From Bacteroidota bacterium (GTDB taxonomy: Bacteria > Bacteroidota > Bacteroidia > Bacteroidales > JAUZOH01): a stretch of DNA of 62,171 nt. Numbering within the stretch: the first letter of the stretch is position 1; every line of letters starts with the position of its first letter. A program made the position numbers and the translations under genes. Location of the stretch: contig JAUZOH010000001.1 of assembly GCA_030706565.1 (NCBI GenBank), positions 1 through 62,171 of the forward strand, given 5' to 3'. A model generated the notes under the pieces. The model ran no database searches, was not told the DNA's origin, and was given only the letters and a program-made list of their open reading frames with translations. Shown piece after piece: positions 18,306-27,328 of this stretch.

Positions 18306-18884
18306 TTGAAAGTAAAAACCGTATACCAAACACTTGAAGATAGAGGAAATCCAGATGAGATAGAACAAAATGCACCGTTTCCATGTCATTGGGAGAATGC
18401 TTGGCTTGGTGACGGTTACTACTTTTGGGATACCTTTATAGAAAATGCTCATTGGTGGGGAAATGTAAGATATAAAAATAACTATGTAATTTGTAGCTTC
18501 AGTTGTGACTTTGATACAGCAACCTGTTTCGATTTAGTTGGAGATACAGAACACATGTTAGACTTCTCCAATAGCATTGAATTTCTAAAACAGCAAAAAT
18601 TAATTGATGTTAATACAACTGTCCCTAGAGTCTTAGCTCTTTTGAAAAGCAAAGTCAAAGGATTTAATTATCAGGCGATAAGAGTTTATGGCATAAAATC
18701 AATTTCAGATTTTAAACAAGACTTTGAGAAATATAGACATCGATTGGTTTTTGAACTTTCAAAACCCCAATATTTAGACTATAAACCTGCAATACAAATT
18801 TGCATATTTGACAAAAAAGGAATTAACCTAAGAAATACAAAAATTGAATTTCCAGACGAATACAATTATGACTTTTTAGTTTAA
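18306..18884 (+). CDS. Hypothetical protein (candidate toxin/effector of the cassette)
   Basis: 192 aa with a TTG start. It carries AWLGDGYYFWDTFIENAHWWG, a G.G.YF-type motif reminiscent of ART-like/DUF3990-type folds (weak). Hairpin repeat copy B follows. Confidence 0.45.
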   Translation: MKVKTVYQTLEDRGNPDEIEQNAPFPCHWENAWLGDGYYFWDTFIENAHWWGNVRYKNNYVICSFSCDFDTATCFDLVGDTEHMLDFSNSIEFLKQQKLIDVNTTVPRVLALLKSKVKGFNYQAIRVYGIKSISDFKQDFEKYRHRLVFELSKPQYLDYKPAIQICIFDKKGINLRNTKIEFPDEYNYDFLV

Positions 18885-18895
18885 AAACTACCGCT

Positions 18896-18946
18896 AATAA
18901 ATAGGACTCTGAGCGGTCTGCAAGACCCAGCGATGAGTCTGTGTTG
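18896..18946. repeat. Cassette-end hairpin repeat, copy B
   Basis: Identical to copy A over ~50 nt and located 11 nt after the stop at 18884. Confidence 0.8.
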
Positions 18947-19311
18947 ATTGCCACTACAACCTGTTTCTGCCTTACCGGTTAAAATCAAATATAAATCTGG
19001 AAATAAACAGTTCCACTTCCACTATAGTCAAGCCACTTAACGATCTTTTCAAGATCAAACATTTATTAATCGCGCAGCGTAAAACAACCATTCCGTTTTG
19101 GCTGGGTTCTGTCTGAGCAAAGTCCGCCTCCTGGCGGACGGCGCGAGTTCAGCCAGCCAAGCATTTTTCTTTGGTTCCGTTTCCTTTGTTGCCACAAAAG
19201 AAATGAATGTATAATCTTTTTGTGACGACAACTAAGCGAAGCGGCCTCACTCTCCGGCATTTTAAAGAGAATAAAAAAGAATAAGGCAATTTGACCGGAT
19301 TAAAAATCTAC

Positions 19312-19382
19312 CGGCCAGGTTTAATATTTTTTTTAAAATTACTTTGTCTGTATAAAAAAATCTACCTTTAAGTATGAGAATA
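19312..19382. repeat. Promoter-like ~70-nt direct repeat, copy 2
   Basis: cggccaggtttaatattttttttaaaattactttgtctgtataaaaaaatctacctttaagtatgagaata lies ~105 nt upstream of higB. Confidence 0.75.
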
Positions 19383-19486
19383 CTTATCCGTTGTGCAAAA
19401 TTGCAAAAAAACATTCTGTGAAGAAATTACACTTTGATTATAGTTTCCTTTTGTGAAACTTTATTTGTATATTTGCAGATAAGTTT

Positions 19487-19819
19487 ATGAAAGTACATTT
19501 GATTAAAAAACAGTCTATTGAGGACTATGTCTTAAAAAATGCAAGAAGTGTTGCATCATTTGAGATTTAGTTATCAATTATTAAACGAGTTGATTGGAAT
19601 GAGCCTAAAGAGATTATCTCGACTTTTAATAGTGCAGATATTCTTGGTAAAGGTTCAGACAGAGTTGTATTTAATATTGGCGGAAACAATTACAGACTGA
19701 TTTGCAAATATAACTTTGGAAATACAAGAGTTCATCTCTTTGTAAAGTGGATTGGTACTCATGCAGAGTATACAAAACTTTGCAACGAAGGAAAACAATA
19801 CGAGATTGATGTTTATTAA
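19487..19819 (+). pseudogene. higB: HigB-family toxin gene with an in-frame amber codon
   Basis: MKVHLIKKQSIEDYVLKNARSVASFEI-TAG(19568-19570)-LSIIKRVDWNEPKEIISTFNSADILGKGSDRVVFNIGGNNYRLICKYNFGNTRVHLFVKWIGTHAEYTKL... HigB homologues have Trp at the stop position. Confidence 0.75.
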
Positions 19820-19837
19820 AGTTTTAAAAAGAAAAAT

Positions 19838-20278
19838 ATGAAAACATTAATATATACAGTAATAAAGGATATTAAGCAATACAAAAATTATTGTGACACT
19901 TTGGAGAAATTGGTTCTTCGAAATGATAAAGAAAATAATGACGAGATTGAACTGCTTACTCTATTGATTGAAAAATGGGATAATGAGCATAATACATTTA
20001 ATGATTCAGATCCAATAGTATTACTTAAATTTCTAATGGAAAATCATGATTTAAAGGCAAAAGATTTGGTAACTATTATGGATTTATCAAAAGGGACAAT
20101 CTCAAAGATTTTAAACTATCATAAAGGACTTTCAAAAGATACAATAAGGAAGCTTTCAGATTATTTTAAAGTATCTCAAGAAGCCTTTAATCGACCTTAT
20201 AAACTGATTAACGAAGTGAATAAACATTTCCGAAATGCAAGTTTAATGAATACAAGGAAAAATATGATAGAGGCATAA
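19838..20278 (+). CDS. higA: HigA-family HTH antitoxin
   Basis: 146 aa with a C-terminal HTH (LKAKDLVTIMDLSKGTISKILNYHKGLSKDTIRKLSDYF), 19 nt downstream of higB. Confidence 0.75.
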   Translation: MKTLIYTVIKDIKQYKNYCDTLEKLVLRNDKENNDEIELLTLLIEKWDNEHNTFNDSDPIVLLKFLMENHDLKAKDLVTIMDLSKGTISKILNYHKGLSKDTIRKLSDYFKVSQEAFNRPYKLINEVNKHFRNASLMNTRKNMIEA

Positions 20279-20336
20279 AAGTAACCGTTCGGCAAAATGC
20301 ACCTTTCAAAACCTTTAATTAATATTATGGGTGATG

Positions 20337-20879
20337 CTATTTACAGTAGTTTTGTGGCAGAAGTTCTGCCAATCTATTGGCTTTGTGCTCAGAAATACGT
20401 GAGAGAACGTCCCTGAACCAGGTAAAGGGTTCTACTTTGTTGAGTTTGCAGGATCCAATAAAGGAGTACATCATGGCCGCCCTTTGTGCGGCTTCATGTG
20501 ATCCGGCAAATAGATAATTCTTCCTTCCCAGAGCCACCGGACGTATGCTATTCTCCACAAGGTTGTTATCTATTTCATAACGGCCATCTTCCATGTAACG
20601 CAACAGCCGGGGCCATAAGGCCAGGGTATAAGATATAGCTCCCCCTATAACACTTTTGGGCAAAACCTGTTCAAGGTTTGCTTTTAGCCAGGTTTCCATT
20701 TTGGTTAGCACGGGCAATGCTTTTTCCTCCCTCAGGGATTTTCGGGCTGTTGCATCCATCCCCTGTTCTCGGGCACATCGCTCCATGGCATACAAATCCT
20801 GCATCAGCATAAGCATCTGCTTTGCCCTATCCGGATCATTATCTAAGGAATCTTCAAATTTACGCCTGGCATGCGCCAT
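20337..20879 (-). pseudogene. IS66-family transposase, C-terminal fragment only
   Basis: AHARRKFEDSL...YAMER...LENSIRPVALGRKNYLFAGSHEAAQRAAMMYSFIGSCKLNKVEPFTWFRDVL is the conserved IS66 Tnp C-terminus. The N-terminal ~300 aa are absent and the region is GC-rich. Confidence 0.85.
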
Positions 20880-21014
20880 GCTGAAAAGCTCTCACACTGT
20901 ACGTACGTGTCTCGTATACAGCGGTTCATTATAATGTGGGGCAACTTTGATTTTTTTTGAGTACACATGTTGATAAATTTTATCTTCAAGCTCTGTATAT
21001 TCAATGATATTAAA

Positions 21015-22340
21015 CTATAGGGTTCTGTTTTTAACCCAAAACGCCCTTAAGGGATAAACAAGTTTATATATTAGACGTTGTTCTTGTGTAATAATTTCGC
21101 AGCTACCATTATATAAACTTTTCATAGAAATATCTTTACCGTATGTAGTTAATAATTTTGACGAAAAATTAACTTCAGCAAAGTAAAAGTCATTATCCGG
21201 GACAAGAGATATCTTATTGACAAAACCGCAAAGCATACCATATTCCATATATGGAAAATCATCTAATTTAATAATAACTTTCTGTCCAACCTTAACTTTG
21301 CCAGAACTTTGTATAGGTAATTGTATCTTGGCAATATAAGAAATTGAACCAGAAGGTATGATAGTAAATACGACATCCCCTTTTTTTACATTTTGGTTTT
21401 TGTTCCATATACGAGTAAAAGTCATTATGCCATCTGTTGTTGATTTTAAAATATATGTTTTTTCCCAATCAGAAATATGTGAAAGTAAAACTTCATAGCT
21501 TTCTTTAAGATTATTATGTTGTTGGGTTGTTTGTTCTAAACGTTGAGATGATAAATCGAGAATATCCTGATTTAATTTTGTAACTTGAATGTTTGCATTA
21601 ATAATTTCGGTATTTACATTTTCAAGAGTACTTTTTGACTGCAAATAGGTAGTCCGAGATTTCTCAAAATCAGCTAGCGCTATAACTTCATGTTTATATA
21701 ATAATGAATCTCGCCTGAATTGACTTCTCGCAATACTTAATTGTTCTTTTGAATAATACAATTTTTTATTTAATTTTTTGATATAGCTATTTTCTTGAGA
21801 TATCTCGAAGTTAAGGCTTGCTATTTTTTTTCGTTGGTAATTAAGAAAAACAAAATTGTTATAGTCACTTAATTGTTTTATGAAAGATGAATAATATGGC
21901 TGAATCTCGCCTAATTTAAAATAATCATATGTAATTCCTGAAAAGATAGTATCCTTAAACTGAAATATTGAGTTTAAGGAGTCTGTTAAGTTTTTAATTG
22001 CGAAAACTTCCTTATAATCGGCATTACTCTCTATAACTGCTAATATCTCATTTTCATTTACATGTTGATTGTCCCTAATAAATATTTTTTCAATCCGACC
22101 ATCTGAATGTGCTACTATAGAAGAAGGAATATTATTTGCAGTAATTTGAACTTTTCCTGAAACGATATCAGGGTATTTAAAAAACCAGCATCCTATAAGG
22201 ATTATCATTAGAAAAATAAATATTATGGTAATGCCAAATCTGACAAACCATTTAGGTACAATTCCAATAATATCATTAATCTCATTGTTCTGTAACCTAA
22301 GTTTTCCAATTTCTGTTTTTAGTGGTTTATTATTTTCCAT
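21015..22340 (-). CDS. HlyD-family secretion adaptor (bacteriocin export)
   Basis: 441 aa with an N-terminal TM helix and a long coiled-coil middle region, directly downstream of the C39-ABC transporter. Confidence 0.75.
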   Translation of the reverse strand: MENNKPLKTEIGKLRLQNNEINDIIGIVPKWFVRFGITIIFIFLMIILIGCWFFKYPDIVSGKVQITANNIPSSIVAHSDGRIEKIFIRDNQHVNENEILAVIESNADYKEVFAIKNLTDSLNSIFQFKDTIFSGITYDYFKLGEIQPYYSSFIKQLSDYNNFVFLNYQRKKIASLNFEISQENSYIKKLNKKLYYSKEQLSIARSQFRRDSLLYKHEVIALADFEKSRTTYLQSKSTLENVNTEIINANIQVTKLNQDILDLSSQRLEQTTQQHNNLKESYEVLLSHISDWEKTYILKSTTDGIMTFTRIWNKNQNVKKGDVVFTIIPSGSISYIAKIQLPIQSSGKVKVGQKVIIKLDDFPYMEYGMLCGFVNKISLVPDNDFYFAEVNFSSKLLTTYGKDISMKSLYNGSCEIITQEQRLIYKLVYPLRAFWVKNRTL

Positions 22341-22343
22341 TGT

Positions 22344-24533
22344 TTAATTACCAAGTTCAAGTTGGTTTTTAACTAAATTGAAATAAGAACCTTTTATTGA
22401 AGTAAGTTCATGATGAGTGCCTATTTCGGTAACACAACCATTGTTTAGAACAATAATTTGATCAGCATTTTTAACGGTACTTAAACGATGAGCTACCACA
22501 ACAACTGTCTTACCTTTAAAAAATTGTAAGAGATTTTCCATTATGATACGCTCATTATTCGCATCGAGTGCATTGGTAGCCTCGTCAAAAAACACGAATT
22601 CTGGGTTTTTATAAATAGCCCTTGCAATTAAAATTCGCTGCTTTTGTCCCTGACTAAGTCCATTACCTTCCTTCCCAATTATTGTATTATAACTTAATGG
22701 CAAACTCTCTATGAAGTCTTGAATGTTCGCCATTTTTACTGCATATAGAAGTTTTTCTTTGTTTATTTTTTCATCAGAAATGGCTATGTTCGAAGCAATA
22801 GTTTCGGAAAAAATAAAGCCATCCTGCATAACAACCCCACACTGACTTCGCCACCAACTATTGTTGTAGTTCAGTAAATTAATGTCTCCTATATTAACAC
22901 TGCCTTCAACCGGTAAATAAAAACCAAGCAAAAGTTTTAACAAGGTTGTCTTGCCACTTCCACTTGCACCCACAATCGCCGTTGTTTTTTTCTGAGGGAT
23001 AGTTATATTTACATTATTTAACACTTTTGGAGAATGAGGCCCCTCATATTGATAAGTGACATTTTTTAGTATAATACTTCTATTTTCGGGTAGATATGTA
23101 AGCTTAGTTTCTTCTGGTATTTCTTCATCTTTTTTAATATGGATTTCACAAAGTCGCTCTATGCTTATTTTAGCAAGTTGACTACTTTGAATAAATTCAA
23201 TCATTTGTTCTATAGGACTATTTAATTGTCCTATAATGTATTGAATTGCCAGCATCATACCCAATGTCATTTGGCCGTTGAGTACAGCAGTAGCTGCCAT
23301 TATAGTGATAATAATATTTTTAGTTTCATTAATAAAAACAGATCCTGATATTTGGTATTGTGTTACAGACAGATTATTAAGGTTGATATAAAATAAATTA
23401 GCTTGTATACCTTCCCATTTCCATCGTTTCTGACGTTCGCAATTATTAAGCTTTATCTCTTGCATACCTTCAATTAACTCTAGCGTATTATTTTGATTAG
23501 CCGATAGTTGAGCAAACCTTCTATAATCCAAATCTTTCCTCTTTTTCATAAACAAAAACATCCACAGACAATATAATGTACTACCGAGCATAAATACAAT
23601 GAAAATTTTTATCTCATAAATAGCCAAAACTACCCCAAAGATAATAAGGTTAAAACTTGAAAAAAGCACACCTAACATTTGAGAAGAAAAGAATTGTTCT
23701 AGCCTTTCATGATCATTCAAACGCTGCAAAATATCCCCAGTCATTTTGTTGTCGAAAAAACTTATCGGTAGCCTCATTAATTTGGAAAGGAAATCAGATA
23801 AAATTGAAATATTTATTCTTGCACTAATATGTATAAGTATCCTAGACCGAATAAAATCTACAGTTGTTCGACTTATAAATAATGTCATTTGCGCCATCAG
23901 GGCAAGGTAGATAAAATTTAGGTCCCGTGTATTGATACCAGTATCAACAATAGCTTGAGAAATAAAAGGAAAAATTAATTGAACAATACTACTAAATAAT
24001 AAACTCACAAATAATTGAAAGAAAAATTTCTGGTAGACTAAAATATATGAATATAAGAACTTAAAACCGGATGTTTCTTTGTTATTAGCTATTGTTTTGT
24101 AGAATTCTGACGTAGGTTCAAGCAACAAACAAGTACCAAAATCTCCATCATTATTTGAATTATTAATCCAACCTCTTTTAAAATCGCTAATTGAAAATTT
24201 TAAAAGTCCATATGCTGGATCGGAAACATATACCAGTTTTTTTTTTATTTTATAAACAACGATAAAATGGTTTTGGTTCCAATGGACAATGCATGGTAAT
24301 TGAGCCTCATTTGCCAAAGACTCAAACTTTAGATTTACACCAATTGTTCTGAAACCTATTTTTTCAGCCGCTTCACTAATACCTAATAATGAAACACCTT
24401 CACGCGTAATAAAACAATTTTCACGAAGATATTGAAGGTTATAATTTTTGCCATAAAACTTTGACACCATATGAAGACATGATGGGCCGCAATCTGTCTG
24501 ATCATGTTGATGGATGAATGGGAAGGATGACAT
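22344..24533 (-). CDS. Peptidase C39-domain ABC transporter (double-glycine leader cleaving exporter)
   Basis: 729 aa with N-terminal QTDCGPSCL (C39 catalytic Cys), a six-TM region, Walker A GASGSGKTT, signature LSQGQKQR and Walker B FVFFDEATNALD. Confidence 0.9.
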   Translation of the reverse strand: MSSFPFIHQHDQTDCGPSCLHMVSKFYGKNYNLQYLRENCFITREGVSLLGISEAAEKIGFRTIGVNLKFESLANEAQLPCIVHWNQNHFIVVYKIKKKLVYVSDPAYGLLKFSISDFKRGWINNSNNDGDFGTCLLLEPTSEFYKTIANNKETSGFKFLYSYILVYQKFFFQLFVSLLFSSIVQLIFPFISQAIVDTGINTRDLNFIYLALMAQMTLFISRTTVDFIRSRILIHISARINISILSDFLSKLMRLPISFFDNKMTGDILQRLNDHERLEQFFSSQMLGVLFSSFNLIIFGVVLAIYEIKIFIVFMLGSTLYCLWMFLFMKKRKDLDYRRFAQLSANQNNTLELIEGMQEIKLNNCERQKRWKWEGIQANLFYINLNNLSVTQYQISGSVFINETKNIIITIMAATAVLNGQMTLGMMLAIQYIIGQLNSPIEQMIEFIQSSQLAKISIERLCEIHIKKDEEIPEETKLTYLPENRSIILKNVTYQYEGPHSPKVLNNVNITIPQKKTTAIVGASGSGKTTLLKLLLGFYLPVEGSVNIGDINLLNYNNSWWRSQCGVVMQDGFIFSETIASNIAISDEKINKEKLLYAVKMANIQDFIESLPLSYNTIIGKEGNGLSQGQKQRILIARAIYKNPEFVFFDEATNALDANNERIIMENLLQFFKGKTVVVVAHRLSTVKNADQIIVLNNGCVTEIGTHHELTSIKGSYFNLVKNQLELGN

Positions 24534-24538
24534 TTCTA

Positions 24539-25594
24539 TTATTTATCTAACCATGTACTAACTGACGTTAAAATTGATGGCCAATTAAACTCATTTTTAA
24601 TGATTTTACCAGATGCGTCATAGGTATTGGAAAAATAGTTATGATCTAAATTATGCAAACGTAATATTGTAAGATTATCCTTTTGATTTCTATAAAAACA
24701 TAATGGCAAATAATCATTTAAGGCAGAGGCATCGTCATTAGTACCATATACAATTAAAATAGGTTTATCCACCTTTAATAGATAGTTAATTGGAGGATAA
24801 AAATTAAAAGAATAATCATTTAGAAAATTAAAATAATTGTCGTCTTGTGGAAATGAATCCTTTTTTAAGTACCACTGACTGACCAATTTTTGATGCTGAT
24901 ATATTGAATCGAGCTTTTGTTGTACATTATTAGATGGCAATTCATTTAACATTTCTTTCTTCTTTAAAGAATATATAGATATACTTTGCCGATCAAAAGG
25001 ATTTGACGACATACAAACCACTTTAGTGATTAATTTGGAAAAATTACACGCAAGTTTTGCAGCTACTGAATATCCTTGGGAATGTCCGACTATATAAACT
25101 TTATTAGTATCAATAAAATCTTTTTTTAATAAATAAGTTATTACTTGAGCTGAAGCCTTAACATAATAATCTAAATTATCATTACGAATAAATTTTGATC
25201 TTACTTGTTGGTTATCTGCAATTTGATTTCTGTGATTAAAATCATAAGATATTGGTAACCCGGGCTTTGAGATTATTACGATATGGTATTTTTCCATAAA
25301 ATCTTTTGGAAATAATGAAGATACGGAACAAAAAAAGTCTTTACCATCAACAAAAAATAATGGACTCTGTCCGGAACCTTGAATAAAAAGCAGCATTGCT
25401 TTTTTGGAAGAAATAGGAGAACTTACAATAAAACGAATAGAATCTATGGTCGATTCTTTCGAAGTATCTTTAATTGAGAAATAATTGAAACCACACTTAT
25501 TAATTGAAATTGATTCTTTTTCTATTTGAGCATTGACAATTTGAAAAGAGAATAAAATAACAGCCAATAAATTAAACATTTTCATAGTATCCAA
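24539..25594 (-). CDS. Secreted alpha/beta-hydrolase-fold protein
   Basis: 351 aa with a signal peptide and nucleophile elbow VGHSQGYS (GxSxG). It overlaps the rSAM gene by 23 nt. Confidence 0.55.
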   Translation of the reverse strand: MDTMKMFNLLAVILFSFQIVNAQIEKESISINKCGFNYFSIKDTSKESTIDSIRFIVSSPISSKKAMLLFIQGSGQSPLFFVDGKDFFCSVSSLFPKDFMEKYHIVIISKPGLPISYDFNHRNQIADNQQVRSKFIRNDNLDYYVKASAQVITYLLKKDFIDTNKVYIVGHSQGYSVAAKLACNFSKLITKVVCMSSNPFDRQSISIYSLKKKEMLNELPSNNVQQKLDSIYQHQKLVSQWYLKKDSFPQDDNYFNFLNDYSFNFYPPINYLLKVDKPILIVYGTNDDASALNDYLPLCFYRNQKDNLTILRLHNLDHNYFSNTYDASGKIIKNEFNWPSILTSVSTWLDK

Positions 25595-26732
25595 TTTTTT
25601 CTATTTTACAATCATTAATTATATTTTCAGGTAAATCAGCCAATAATCTATTTTGTATATGCCTGATAAGATTATAAATTTGGTTACAGTATACGGAAGG
25701 ATTATCAAAATTATTTTTATTTGAAAACCTATGAGCTAATTGCCCCCCTCCGCATAATTCTTTAATTTCACATTCTAGACAATTTTTAGATAAATAATCA
25801 TCAGAATGAGCATAATAATAATTTTTAAATAGATTATCTTTAAATAGATCATCTAACTCATTTCTATCTACATTTAAATTAGTTCTCGTAAATCCATTAC
25901 CACATATCCTTAATGAGTCAACAGCTTCAATATCACCATTTGTTTTTACTGTTAAAACGGCATTTTCATTTGTTCCAAACATCTCGTTACCTAATTCAGT
26001 ATATCCCAAAATTTTCTGACAAAGGAAATTGAATGGACGAAACATGGGTCTAGTTTCTGTATCATCATACCATAAGTCAAACAGTTTGATTAACCATTCA
26101 CCAACTTTAGGAATATCATTGGGGTCTTGAACTTGATCATAATTCAAATCTGGAAATAAAAAACTTCCATGAGTAATCCCTATTTTTTTAAAATGTTCAT
26201 ATACTTTAATAGGCTCCTCTTTGGTGTTTATAACACTTAAAATGGCAACTTCATTATAACTATCTTTTAAAGTTTCAATTCCTTTTAAGATATCAGTATA
26301 TGCAGAGGTTTTATCTTTTCTGTATACTCTATTTTCATTTGCAAATGGTGTCCCGTCCATGCTTACCCCAATATTAATTTTTAATCTTTTAAACAAATCA
26401 CACCATTCTTCATTTAATAATGTACCATTAGTTTGCAGAGCAAAATCTATTTTTATATCTGTAATAATTTTGTTTGCTAATTCAATAAAATCAGAATAAA
26501 ATTTTTTGCCTACCAATAACGGTTCACCACCGTGAAAAATTAACAGAAACGTTTTAAGATTATGCTTTTTTATATGATTATTCAATCTATAAAGGAGTTT
26601 TTCAGATGTTCTTAGATCAAGAAAGGAAGGTTCTTTCTTAAAAGATTTATCTCCTTTGTTAAATACGTAACAATAACTACAATTTAGGTTACATTTACTT
26701 GTAACTTTTAAAACCAAATTTTCTAATTTCAT
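25572..26732 (-). CDS. Radical SAM / SPASM-domain peptide maturase
   Basis: 386 aa with CNLNCSYCY (CX3CX2C) at the N-terminus and a C-terminal Cys cluster CLECEIKELCGGGQLAHR...YCNQ. Confidence 0.85.
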   Translation of the reverse strand: MKLENLVLKVTSKCNLNCSYCYVFNKGDKSFKKEPSFLDLRTSEKLLYRLNNHIKKHNLKTFLLIFHGGEPLLVGKKFYSDFIELANKIITDIKIDFALQTNGTLLNEEWCDLFKRLKINIGVSMDGTPFANENRVYRKDKTSAYTDILKGIETLKDSYNEVAILSVINTKEEPIKVYEHFKKIGITHGSFLFPDLNYDQVQDPNDIPKVGEWLIKLFDLWYDDTETRPMFRPFNFLCQKILGYTELGNEMFGTNENAVLTVKTNGDIEAVDSLRICGNGFTRTNLNVDRNELDDLFKDNLFKNYYYAHSDDYLSKNCLECEIKELCGGGQLAHRFSNKNNFDNPSVYCNQIYNLIRHIQNRLLADLPENIINDCKIEKIGYYENV

Positions 26733-26787
26733 ATTAAAATGTATTTAAAAAACAGGGTTATTTTTACATAACCCTGTTAAATTAAGA

Positions 26788-26952
26788 TTATTTTCTTACA
26801 TAGGTAGTATCAGGATATGCCACATTATCATATTTAGGAGGTTGAAGTGAAGTACCTCCTTTAAAATTTGCAAGTGACCTTTTTGATAACAATTCAAAAA
26901 TTTCTGATGAGTGTTTTTTTAACTCACTTCTTGTTAAAGAAACTTTTTTCAT
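26788..26952 (-). CDS. RiPP precursor peptide with a double-glycine leader
   Basis: Internal Met of track ORF 26788-27138 gives MKKVSLTRSELKKHSSEIFELLSKRSLANFKGG|TSLQPPKYDNVAYPDTTYVRK. It lies 55 nt upstream of the rSAM gene, and a C39 exporter is in the same operon. Confidence 0.6.
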   Translation of the reverse strand: MKKVSLTRSELKKHSSEIFELLSKRSLANFKGGTSLQPPKYDNVAYPDTTYVRK

Positions 26953-27085
26953 GATTATAATTTTATTAAATATTAGTCTACTCGTTACCCTTTTCGACTT
27001 CCGGGACATAAAATTATGGCCATTAATTATTATTGCATTACAAATTTTATTATTTACACTCTGATATTTTCGGAGTATAAAATAA

Positions 27086-27328
27086 TTACTCAATTTTTTT
27101 CTTTTTAAAGGTAAATACAAAAAAACAAGGTTCTTCATAACAATAAGATTCTAAATATTTATTATAATAGATTGGAGCACCGTATTTTTTCATAAAAGCA
27201 AGCGTCTGATAAATGACTGATTCGGACAAGCTCAATCTATTAGCTAATTCTTTTGGAGTCCCAGTTGCTTGTAATCTAATTAATTGATCGATTCTTTCAA
27301 TTCTTTGCAAATATCTCACAATACTCAT
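27086..27328 (-). CDS. Small HTH transcriptional regulator
   Basis: Taken from the internal Met: MSIVRYLQRIERIDQLIRLQATGTPKELANRLSLSESVIYQTLAFMKKYGAPI (wHTH-like), upstream of the RiPP operon. Confidence 0.45.
   Translation of the reverse strand: MSIVRYLQRIERIDQLIRLQATGTPKELANRLSLSESVIYQTLAFMKKYGAPIYYNKYLESYCYEEPCFFVFTFKKKKIE

Noticed and set aside
18947-18975. ~21-nt similarity between gccactacaacctgtttctgcc (after hairpin copy B) and gccactgaacctgtttctgct (~28770)
   Set aside because: Only two short copies exist, and in a 62-kb A/T-biased window this could be chance. It is noted only as a possible shared boundary relic.
19066-19260. 64-aa minus-strand ORF in the GC-rich island
   Set aside because: It is a short Arg/Pro/Gly-rich product typical of random ORFs in GC-rich DNA, with no start context or motifs.
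9725-19382. Classical integron (intI + attI + attC array)
   Set aside because: No IntI-like tyrosine recombinase is present in the window. The hairpin repeats match the RYYYAAC/GTTRRRY core sites only partly. The cassette-like layout is therefore reported as an open question, not as an integron.
26953-27138. Long (116-aa) version of the precursor ORF
   Set aside because: The upstream 62 codons are A/T-rich, overlap the 3' end of the regulator gene, and lack leader-like features. The internal Met gives a typical MKK...GG leader.
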